A stretch of 64,000 bases of DNA, taken from Octopus sinensis (lineage: Eukaryota). Made by a program: the position numbers and the translations under genes. Positions 49,655 through 61,190 of the stretch are shown piece by piece; position 1 is the stretch's first letter, and each line of letters begins with the position of its first letter. The DNA lies in assembly GCF_006345805.1 (NCBI RefSeq), contig NC_043019.1:16677360-16741359 (forward strand), written 5' to 3'. Under the pieces are notes generated by a model. It made no database searches and was not told the DNA's origin. It saw only the letters and a program-made list of their open reading frames with translations.

Positions 49655-52147
49655 TACTTCGTAGTACTTCGCATGACCTCGGTTTTGCCTTTCCTCCAAC
49701 TATTAAGTGAGAACAGTTCACAATCCTAAAATACTTTTCGATATGAAAGGCTGTTTATCGTTTGACACAAAAGCACAGTTTGAAAGTTCAAATACTATCT
49801 ACATTCGAAAAGAACCGCCCTCCTCCCCCACTCTCACACCTTCAATGTAAAATCAGAAAGTGAAAGTTCGAATTTAGCTAAAATATTCTATTTTATTTTT
49901 CTTCCCTTTCACATCATGGATATGAATTCAATTCGCAACCATGCGATTTCCAGTTCAGTCTCACGGCACGCCTTCTTGGACAAGTGTCTTCCATTATGAC
50001 ATGCGCCAAATAAGGTTTTGGGAGTCAATTTGGTAACTGGAAACTATTCAGAAGCCCTGTGTGTGTCTCTCACTGTTTGACAACAGGTGTTGTTTTGATT
50101 ACATACACGTAGCTTAGCGCTTCTGTTAAAAAAAAAAGAAACCGATAGAATAGTACCATAGTCAAAACGAGTACTGGGGATGATTTGATCGAGTAAACGC
50201 TTCAAGTCTTTGCCCCAGCATGGCCGCAATTAAAAAAAAAGACAAACATCTACGAGAGTAAATCACCAGGCGATGCGTTTGCTTCGTTTTAGATGGGTGG
50301 AAATTCCAAATCAGATATCCAGTAACATTACCAAATAATACAAACGAGATCCGAGACGGACTTATTTGACTTCAGTTAAAATTTAAAATATATCTCACGG
50401 GTTACATGAGCAGATGTAGGCTGCTGCAAATCCGATGGAATTACACGTCACCCATCTGTCGAAAGTAAAGCTTCCAAAAGCATAAGTGCAGGAACGAAAG
50501 ATGCTTAGAGAATGAAAACCCAGTTTTTTCAGAAGGATTTTCAAAGCGTTTTCATTGCTCCTCACTAAAAAATAGTTTATGGGGTTGCGCTTGCACTACC
50601 TGTACCCCCTGTTTTAGAGCTTGGTAGGGATAATAAAAAGCTTAAGATTTCGACAGGGATGAATTTTCCAAGGAAAATATTCCGTGCAACAATTGAATAC
50701 ATTCTATTTTTTCTGCTATCCCCTCCCCCCAAGTTCGTATGTGATTGAATCTGGGTTAAACCCTTTGTATTCCTTACTAAGCAGACAGGGAAACACTTTG
50801 AACATAGAACGTGGTGCTTTGCGGCTCATTTTCATAAACCCGCAACCCTTTTATTCTCGTGATTTTCGTGCCCGCCAAACTCATCTTTCCCAATTAAAAA
50901 ATTATTCAAACATTAAAATTGTATTTGCATCTGTAGTTTATTTAGGTGGCAAATTGTATTTAAAATGTAAATTTAGGTTTTATAATCGATTCGATTAGAT
51001 TTTAAAATTTACCCACTTATTTAGGGGTGAATAGAAACTAAATTTTCTCTCAGAAATACTCTACGAACCTATAGAAAATTCTTTATGGGAACAACTGAAG
51101 ACAACGCCCTTTCTCTCGGTCAAGTCGTTATGCAGACTTAGAAGTGAGTAACGAACAGACCTTTAATGAACGTGAATGAAAAGTTACAGGACAGGTATTT
51201 CCTACTGACAGATCTCAACTCGTTCTTTGTCCACGACACGTCACATTACTGCTACAAATAATTCGAGTTAAGATATGTTTCGAAAGAAGTGCGTAAATAA
51301 GAACTAGAAAGAAGTTTTAAAGGGTTTTTTTCTTTTTAATCTAACCAAATAAGTTGGCTAATAAGCTCGTAGATGACCCTATAAATGGCAAGTTCTTGGA
51401 TAACGAGGTTACAAGACTCATACAACAGAATACTTTGTACTGGCGACAATTTAAGGTGAATGAAATTCAAAATTTTAATTAGTTTTTTCTTATTTATTTT
51501 CAGTACAGTTACAAAGTTTTAAAATGTATTATTTTTCTCAAATTGTAACAGCTGCATCTAATTTGGACTGGGTAAGCCTGACTCAACTCGTGGGAATTAG
51601 ACTTAGCTGGGCCACACCTTAAATTCAAATATTTCTTTTTTTTTTTTCTTTACAGAGAGAGAGAGAATAGAAATTTACGGTTCGATTACATATGAAAACA
51701 AAGTGTTGCTGTATTCCACCCCCCAATCGATATTAACGAATGCAGCACAGTGTGTGTGTTAAGAGCAACTCCAAGTTAAGCTTTGGAAGGTGTCCGCAAT
51801 GCGGTGTCTTTAAAGTACATCATTTTAATGTTCGTGGGAAAGAAAATAATATATCAGATAACTAGTGACAGTTTGGAGAAAAAAAAACCCAGTAAAATAA
51901 CGTTTCTTATGTACAAAATACATAGGAAGAAATAGTGTACTCGAAGAAAACAACAAGGAGAGAGAGAGGAAAAAGAAAGTCGAAAAATATATATGTATGG
52001 ATGTATGCATCGTTTGCAATTTAGATGAAGTGGGGGAAAACGGCTGCGAATTAGGAAACCAGGTTTTTAAAATCAACAGTAGAATCAATTAAGCACAAAT
52101 ATTATCGTTTCTGAAGGAAAGAAAGTAATAGCAATGATAAAACTTAC

Positions 52148-52153
52148 GCTCAT
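52148..52153 (-). CDS. Annexin probable first coding exon (Met-Ser)
   Basis: Minus strand reads cagcaacaaaATGAGC|GTAAGTT: A-rich Kozak context, consensus donor, phase 0 matching the next exon; lies in a CpG-rich region; gives a 314-aa annexin. Confidence 0.7.
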
Positions 52154-53391
52154 TTTGTTGCTGGGAAAGACGGAAAATGTTATCAAAGGCGGGCTGTCCT
52201 GTGAACGTTGTTTGGTATTCTGCAAAGTTAATCAATTTGACAAGAGGTTTTATTAGCGCTTTAAGTCATATGACTGCTGCGGGGTAACCAATTGTAAGTT
52301 ACAGATTTAAATAGGCCGTGGTAGTGGCTATTCATCCATATAACAATGACACTTCGACAGCGGTCGAAGGAAGATTTCAGATAAAAACAATCTCCGTAAC
52401 AAACAGACTCTGTATTCTAGGATGTGTGGCGGCGATGTGTGCGTAATACCTGCGTAGGGGGTTCGTACTTTCAGCTGTTGAAGCGCTGTCGAAAAGTGTT
52501 TACGCACACCCACACACGTGTGTGTGTCTGTTTATGTATGTACAAGTATTAGAAAGCGCACCCCAGTCACTCATTAAGGGAAACGAGTATTTATAATGAG
52601 TTAAATCGTAAATTTTATTATTTCTTATCTTTCCAAGTGTTGAATCTATTATTTTTGCTGAGATGTATTTTTCTTGAATAATGAATCTTTCTTTAATAAC
52701 TTTTCCATAAGTATTCTAAATTTAAATGGGAAAGTCAGACGGATGATTTATTTTAAACTACAATTTTCTACGAAAGTATTGATATAAGAAAATGGAAAGA
52801 AAGCGAAATAAAATCAAAGGAAATAAATAAATAAAAAGTCAAAATAGAGGGGCATGAACACCTCCACATCTCAATTATACATCATGTCAAGACTAACTCG
52901 TATTCCCATCTGATAATTTTTTTCCCCCTGACATTTTCAATCACTTATGGCATTATGATAAATGATGGTGAGATCAAAGTGCTGTTACAACCAAGTACCT
53001 TGTGACATGTCAGGAAAGCTGCCACATGTACCTTGCGATGTGCCAGGGAAGCTGGTCCCTAATGAAACCAAAAACCTCCCTGTCAGCATCTGCCAATATG
53101 TCACAGGCAGAAAAATGTAATTTACTGACAAATTATTGTTCAGCTTCAGATGCAGTAACACCCACATCTGTCACAGCAAGAAGGACACATGATGGAGCGA
53201 ATGTACTGCAAACTGTGATGTAACCCATGGGCAAAAAGCAAGTCCATAAGCCCCCTTTCCATAATCCCTGGACAATACTACTGGATCTGGAGTTGAGGTG
53301 ATAAATACCCCAGTAAAGACTTATTTCGATGATTAGGTTTATTGTGTTGTGACCAGTTTTCGGTTTGACAGGAAAATCCATGAAGACATCC

Positions 53392-53800
53392 AGGCGCAGG
53401 AGTGGCTGTGTGGTAAGTAGCTTGCTTACCAACCACATGGTTCCGGGTTCAGTCCCACTGCGTGGCATCTTGGGCAAGTGTCTTCTGCTATAGCCCCGGG
53501 CCGACCAATGCCTTGTGAGTGGATTTGGTAGACGGAAACTGAAAGAAGCCCATCGTATATATGTATATATATATATATGTATGTGTGTTTGTGTGTCTGT
53601 GTTTGTCCCCTAGCATTGCTTGACAACCAATGCTGGTGTGTTTATGTCCCCGTCACTTAGCGGTTCGGCAAAAGAGACTGATAGAATAAGTACTGGGCTT
53701 ACAAAGAATAAGTCCCGGGGTCGATTTGCTCGACTAAAGGCGGTGCTCCAGCATGGCCGCAGTCAAATGACTGAAACGAGTAAAAGAGTAAAGAGAGAGT
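53392..53800 (+). mobile_element. SINE family A, young full-length copy
   Basis: tRNA-like head, internal (AT)(GT) linker, 3' module ending gactgaaacgagtaaaagag. Confidence 0.93.
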
Positions 53801-54705
53801 AATCAAGAAGATCAGCACCATTTCATTCTCCACAGACATCAACTCTAATTTGGAGGGTGATAGAGATGTGGTGTTCATCCAGGTTAAGTAAGCTACTGGT
53901 GTTTGCCACATCAACCTGATTCCCAGAAAATTTGGCACTTAAAGGAAGTAGGTGACACTTTGAGTGGTGATCAGGCTGATCAAAAACAGAACCAAACGTG
54001 TGTTTTGACTGTAAATTGCCCCAAACTCTCTCAGCTGATTTTCCATGTTCTGGAACAAACATTTTAAGCTGTCTTCCCCAACCCTACATTCTACAGTTGC
54101 AGGGTTTCACCCACGAAACTGTTAGAATTAGTTTGTGTTAGCAAGGAGAGAACGGCACCTACCAAAGAAGAGCAAGTATGAATGGAAGAAAGGAAGCAGG
54201 GGAACCTCAGATCCCACCAACATCACAAGCATTAAACACCCAGAGTCTACTGAATGAAGCTACGTACTAAACATCAACACTCACTTGTACCAACACAGTC
54301 AAACCTACAAGCTGGGGACAATGAACAACAATCCTAAAACCCCTTAAAATTCAAGTGGGGTAACATACAAGCATGTCACCCTCTTCTTAGTCCTTTCCTC
54401 ACTATGTTATATGAAAAAAAATAACCCCAACCATAACATGCTGGTTCCCAAGCCTCATTTCCCCTGTTTGTCCAGGGTCTCAGCACAATATCTTAATTAT
54501 GATGTGAACACCATTATATCTTTTCCTCTTAACCATATGTGAGGCAATGTGTATGTGGACTGTTTCTGCCCAATGCATCACTCTTTTTTGCCACCTTTAT
54601 TACTGAGCGTCAAGAGAATATATTACAGGCGTACGTCTTTTTGACTTTTGTTGCTTTGTTATTTGTTATTTTTAATTTTCAATTTGCCAGTATATATATA
54701 TATTA

Positions 54706-54757
<52 letters not shown>

Positions 54758-54882
54758 GTTGAAGTGAATCTAACGGGTTTTTGTATGTTTTTAAATGGCT
54801 TATAAACATCTTCCATGCTGCAATTGTTTTTGTTCCAGCACACGATCTCAGATCAGGTCACTTGCTATGCAAGTACATCTCC

Positions 54883-54959
<77 letters not shown>

Positions 54960-54960
<1 letters not shown>

Positions 54961-55827
54961 GGGATGAAGCGGTGAAGCACGACCTTCGAACTTTAGGCCT
55001 CACCAAGGAAATGACTAGTGACCGAGACCTTTGGAAATATACCGTGCGTGAGAAGACCCGGCAAGCCAAATGAAACCATAATCTCATGGCCTATGCCAGG
55101 GGTGTAACCAGCCCACTTGTATGCAACCTTTTCCTTCCTTGGTCACTAAAACTCTGCTTGAGAAGACCTGTTGAGGCAAGTGAAATCAAATCAATCAAAG
55201 CAAAATCAAAATCAAATTCGATGACTGGCATCCGTGCTGGCAGGGTGCAAAGAGCACCATACAAACGTGATCATTGACAGAGCAGCTAACTGGCTTCCGT
55301 ACCAGTGGCACTTAAAGGGCACCATTCGAGCGTGATCGTTACCAAAGTCACCTTACTGGTGGCATGTGTAAAAAGGATTCGAGCTAGGTCAATGCCAGTA
55401 CTGCCTGACTGGCCCCTGCCAGAGCAGCCAACTGGCTTCTGTGCCAGTGGAACATAAAAGGGCACCATTCGAATGTGATCATTGCCAGAGCAGCCAACTG
55501 GCTTCCGTGCCAGTGGCACGTAAAAGGGCACCATCGAGCGTGATTGTTACCAACGTCGCCTTACTGGCACCTGTGCTGGTGGCATGTGTAAAAAGATTCG
55601 AGCGAGGTTGTTGCCAGTACTGCCTGACTGGCCCCTGTGCCGGTGGCACGTAAAAAGCACCCACTACACTCTCGGAGTGGTTGGCGTTAGGAAGGGCATC
55701 TAGCTGTAGAAACTCTGCCAGATCAAGATTGGAGCCTGGTGCAGCCATCTGGTTCGTCAGCCCTCAGTCAAAATCGTCCAACCCATGCTAGCATGGAAAG
55801 CGGACGTTAAACGATGATGATGATGAT
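54960..55827 (+). mobile_element. RTE 3' end with repeat-rich 3'UTR
   Basis: WDEAVKHDLRTLGLTKEMTSDRDLWKYTVREKTRQAK*, then a 3'UTR with internal direct repeats and a (GAT)n tail. Confidence 0.9.
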
Positions 55828-55849
55828 AATATATATCTATATGTATGTA

Positions 55850-56072
55850 TGACAGCACAGAGGACCTCCTCAGCAGAATCAATGACTGGAACCATGCCTC
55901 CAATCTGACAGGATGCATAACAGGCAATATAGACGTAGTATCCTTACATCCATCCATTGATGTTGGTTTTGCTGTGGAGAAATGTGTGGAGGGGATCAGC
56001 GAGAGTGATGTGGAGTTTTGTGGTATCGACACAGAAGACCTGGGTCTCCACCTGAGACTCACATGCGACCGG
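55850..56072 (+). mobile_element. Penelope-like RT fragment
   Basis: STEDLLSRIND...GNIDVVSLHPSIDVGFAVEKC...DTEDLGLHLRLT resembles the PLE RT motif S.DV.ALYPSID. Confidence 0.7.
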
Positions 56073-56886
56073 GGTTACTTGTATGTATCTATATACATAT
56101 ATATGATGATTTTCTTTTAGTTTCTGGCTTCAAAATCTTCTGACAAGGCTTTGGTTGGCCCAGGACTATAGCCTAAGGTGTTACACAATGGGATTGAACC
56201 TGAAACCATAGGATTGGAAGGCAAATTTCTTGAGCATGCACTCACACCTGCACCCATTAATAAATTAAAATGCAATCAAAACCAGTAAATTGCTATAGCC
56301 AAATGATTTACTGTATTTTATAGGAACAGGTAAAAAGGTGTGGGGTAGTGGTGGTGGTGGTGGTTTACTTTGGTAGAAACGAAAGAGTGCGTTTGGATAA
56401 GTTGTGTATGGCATGGAGAGAAGAGGAATCTGATATTTTAGCTGAGAGATTAAGTATTTTGTCGAACTGATGGGTTTGAAGCTGTACTAAGAATATATAT
56501 AAGTTGTTGTTGTTGGTAGTGGTGGTAGGGTTGTGAGGAGAAGTGGTGGGGGAACATGGGAAGCAGATGTAGAGAGTATATTTAGAAGAAAAAAATAGCA
56601 GATCAGTGATGGCGGAGGAGATATTATTAGCATGTGGCTAAAATAATCAGCGATGGCAGAGAGTGAAGATAAAATTGTGAGAGAGGAAGCTGGAGGGTGT
56701 CTGGCAGAATATAGGTTGAAATGGAAAGAAAAGAGAAGGGATGATAGTGGGAGAGTGGCCAGAGGGAAGTACAGAGGGATAACACAGGTTAACCCTGTTC
56801 ATACCAAACTACCTTCCACTGGCCCTGGTTCCATGATTCAAACTCACTGTTTTAAAGGGATCTTTATGAAAACCTTCCATCATAGT

Positions 56887-57287
56887 TTACTCTTTACTCT
56901 CTCTTTTACTTGTTTCAGTCATTTGACTGTGGCCATGCTGGAGCACTGCCTTTAGTCGAGCAAAAATCGACCCCGGGACTTATTCTTTGTAAGCACAGTA
57001 CTTATTCTATCGGTCTCTTTTTGCCGAACTGCTAAGTAACGGGGACGTAAACACACCAGCATCGGTTGTCAAGCGATGGTGGGGGGACAAACACAGACAC
57101 ACAAACATATACACACACATACATATATACACATATATACGACAGGCTTCTTTCAGTTTCCGTCTACCAAATCCACTCACAAGGCATTGGTCGGCTCGAG
57201 GCTATAGCAGAAGACACTTGCCCAAGATGCCACGCAGTGGGACTGAACCCGGAACCATGTGGTTGGTAAGCAAGCTACTTACCACAA
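56887..57287 (-). mobile_element. SINE family A, young copy
   Basis: Nearly identical to 53392-53800. Confidence 0.92.
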
Positions 57288-57359
57288 CACCAAAAGCAGC
57301 ATATTTCAACCAAAATATGGTAAGAAAAGGGTTAAATAGAAGAGAAAGAAATGCTCCTT

Positions 57360-57735
57360 TCAAGCATTGGGCCTCACAGAAGCAAAATGGCTGATGCCGG
57401 CAGCACACGAAAAGCTCTTTTTGAGTGTTGGGTCTCACGGAGGCAATGGCCAAGACCTGTGGCATTATGTCATGCTTGAGAAGAAGACCCATCAAACCAA
57501 ATAAAATTGCATTTGTGGCAGATGCTGGTGTCATGCAAATGGCACCTTGTGCCAGTAGCATGTAAGAGCACCCATTACACTCTCAGAGTGGTTAGCATTA
57601 GGAAGGGTATCCAGCCAGAGAAACCCTGACAAATCAGTAGTCTGTAGTCTGGAGCAGCTTTCCAACTTGCAAAACCGTCCAACCCATGCCAGCATGGACA
57701 ACAGACATTAAATGATGATGATGATGATGATGATG
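57360..57735 (+). mobile_element. RTE 3' end, decayed
   Basis: gggtctcacggaggcaatg...gagaagaagaccc, then the shared 3'UTR and (GAT)n tail. Confidence 0.8.
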
Positions 57736-59039
57736 ATATATATATATTGTGGATGAAGAGGAGGAAGTGGAAGCTCTTTACTGGCAGGCAATAACTGTCC
57801 ACTACAGCTGTGGACATTTGTCACTGACAAGCCCAAGGAAGAGTGAAATCACTTGATCTGCCAGTTCCTGCAGCCACAGAAGATGGTTCCTGTTTGTCAA
57901 TGATACACATTCAAGTGTTTTTAAGCACCAGAAATCAATAGAAGAGGTTCTCTCGAGGCAAATACCACAGTATTCCGTGTTCTAACACAACATCCACTTT
58001 AAGTTGGAGAAAAATATTTTTTTTACTTAGAAGTTAATAATGAGAAAGAAATAAAAGATTGGGTTGTTTGAGTTGCAGTTCAAACAAATAACAAGAGAAA
58101 AACATGACCAGACAGAAGCATATTTTTATTGTAGGTTTTTGTATAAGTTTCTTCCTTTTTTCAATTCTAATTTAATATATTTATAGACAGGAAGACTCGG
58201 GCTAATGGCTAATGTGTTCAGCTCACAAACACCCACTTATACATAATAATACACAATATGATTGTGTCAGACTATAAATATCTTTCTTCGTTCATTTTTT
58301 TTTAGTCCCATTTTGAACTGTTTAGCTTATATTCCTTATCAGATGTGAAGCCCAGTATTTGTCTTCAGCTAGGATTGAACTCATGAATATTGGTTTCATG
58401 TCAGCTTCAAACCCTTTTTATCTGTCAGTGCAACCTTACAATATAATCTAATCATTGATTTAGTATTCTATCTTATTGATACAATAGAAAATGTTGTTGT
58501 TTAATCCAAGTCAACCCCTGATTGAGTAGACCTAGCATCATAGACTTTTCGGCCATGACCACCCTGTCTTATTTCCAGAAATAGTCTATTTTGGGTTACA
58601 TTGTCTACTGCAATGGTTCTCTTGATTACTATCTTATTCTTGTGGATCCCCATCGCCATTTCATGTTTAAAAACTAGACATTTCTTTCAGAATTTCCGTT
58701 TTGTTTTTCACACATTCTCTTGCGTAGGTTGAACTCCATAAAACATCCGAGACTGAAACCTGGCTGTTTCTTGCAATAAGATTTAAATCAAAACAAAGAC
58801 CCCTAAAATACTACTGTATTTATTATTTTCCTAAAATGGACCCCCAGGGGTCACATGAACCCCAGTTAAGAACCATTGGTCTAATGTAGTTTGAGGGAAA
58901 TTTGGTTCTATTTCTTGTAGGTCAAATAACTATGTAGAGGTTCCCTCATGTTGTTTTCCCCAACTAAAAAGCTAAACTTGTCAAATACTGTTGGTATTTC
59001 ACGGTGAATTGTTCCAATGTGCTCCACACTGACCTTTGG

Positions 59040-59420
59040 TCATACATAAGCGAACAAACAACATGGCTACGTCATCAGCAATCCAAAATAGAATTGGCTT
59101 TGCACCCAAATTAGCATTTAGTCTTCTTCACTGATGTGTTTGGAAGCAAGCAAAAATATCTCACACACTGTAGGTCAACAGCTGCAATTATTGATTGCCT
59201 GAATTGCCTATGTCATTGTATGATATCCAACCATGGACATCACTCTGGAGTATTTTCAATATGTTTGGAAGTCTTTCAAAAAATAATGTTTTTGCTGAAT
59301 CTTCAAAGTAAAATGGATTCAATTATCTGCAGAATCTTCATATTTGGAGCGTTTCTGAATTGATTTAGGAACATTGGTTGTGCAAGTCTGGCCATGAAAT
59401 TCAAATGGATCAGTCAGGGT
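59040..59420 (-). mobile_element. Highly decayed LINE RT remnant
   Basis: Minus strand WIADDVAML resembles the (Y/F)ADD motif; the rest is degraded. Confidence 0.35.
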
Positions 59421-59640
59421 TTTTAACACAAATTAATTAATTAATTAAATGCTTCCAGTTTCAAGAATGGAAAATATGAAGAGGAAGGGATACTACAAAA
59501 GACACCATTGAAATTGAACGGAAAAGATCTGGAGAAAATAAAGATGTTAAATGTTTGACAAAATTCTTGCAGAAGGGGAAGGAAATTGTCTCTCAGGTGA
59601 TGGGCACTTAAGGAGGGGTAGTAGATTACTCCCTGTCTAA

Positions 59641-59689
59641 AAGACTCATCATCATGATGGTAATGATGATGATGATAATGATGGTGGTA

Positions 59690-59742
<53 letters not shown>

Positions 59743-59745
59743 GAA
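59641..59745. repeat. (GAT)n/(GGT)n compound microsatellite
   Basis: Read directly from the sequence. Confidence 0.95.
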
Positions 59746-60834
59746 AAAAAAGGCAACAAAATGAGAAACGAGAACATAAAAAACAAAAACATAGAAAACA
59801 AACTTTTTTCGAACAACAAAAGAAACAAACAGAGAAACGAGACAGGCAACATAAAGAACAGTCCCTTCCTCAGTTGTCCCCTGTTTTATCTACTCTGCAT
59901 TTCGAAGGTAGGGACAAGATGCAACTTCGTTAACACAGTCCAGGCTTCTTTTGGTTTCGATCTACCAAATCTACTCACAAAGCTTTGGAACTGAACCCAG
60001 GACCCTGCGGTTGGGAAGCAAATTTCTTACCCAGTCACAAATATATACAGGGTAAAAAGCGTAGATTTGACAACAGTACAACACATTCAAAGATAAGCAG
60101 CATCAGGTGATTGTAAGAGCTATTCAAGCAGTCATAAAGCTTAATAAATTCTGTTCAGCACAAATGATGTTGTTGAATAGAAAAAGAGGTTTGCGTGAAA
60201 TACATTTTAAACGTATTTTATTACGGACAAAACACGTGAATAGAAACATCAGTAAAAGTACACGGGAAGAAGACATTAACACAGTTTTTTGATGGAGTGA
60301 GCAGAATGAAAGCATTGGATCACATGAGAATGTAGAGATGAAGAGTTACAATTGATGAGGGGATAAGGGATGTGATGGGAGAGGCAGGAGTTCAAATCCA
60401 GTGATTGGCACTGGAATATATTATAGTATTGGCCAACTCAATGATGGCTATTTATACCACCCTGACTGTTCACTGAATCTGAACAAGCCAATAAGGTAAA
60501 CTGCTAAATGGGTGCTTGAAATGCTAGAAACAGCAGCCAAATTGCCACCAGATTACACCCTGCAGACACACTGGATAGTATTATCTAAGGTACACTTAGA
60601 CTATATCTGAAAAATTTGGGATGCTCATGACTGGAATGCCTTAGATTATAGGTCTACTCGATTAAATCAACTTAGGGTTAAAAATGATAACAATTTAACT
60701 GTAGACTATGTAAGGAGAAGGAGAGAATGAGCTTGTGGAGGTGGTGAGAGGTGATTAGAAACACTGAGGACGTACTTCCATGTTCTGTAGGGGTGAGAAG
60801 GAAGAGGAGAGATTGCAGAATATAAGATTATATT

Positions 60835-60865
<31 letters not shown>

Positions 60866-61077
60866 AAGAAAGAGAGAGGGGGAGTAGTGGAGAGCAGGGC
60901 AAAAAAAAGATTGGTGACAGTGGCATGAGTGGAAGATAGCGGAGTGATAAGAGAAGTGTGAGAGAGCCGGATGAGTAATAGGTGTGTTCAAGAGACGAGA
61001 AGTTATCAGAGGCCAAACATGTAGACATGATAGTATGCAATGCATATTACACACACACACACACACACACATAGGCA

Positions 61078-61190
61078 TAGGTGTGGCTCTGTTGTAAGAC
61101 GGTTGGTTCCCATCCACATGGTTCTGGGTTCAGTCCCACTGCATGGCACCTTTGGGCAAGTGACTTCTACTATAGCCTCAGGCCAACCAA
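61078..61190 (+). mobile_element. SINE family A 5' fragment
   Basis: gggttcagtcccactgcatggcacc...ttctactatagcctcaggcc. Confidence 0.7.

Larger units (their letters stand above)
49280..52560. promoter_or_regulatory. CpG-enriched, island-like promoter domain
   Basis: CG dinucleotides are visibly much more frequent than in flanking non-TE DNA; spans both candidate annexin first exons (not formally counted). Confidence 0.55.
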
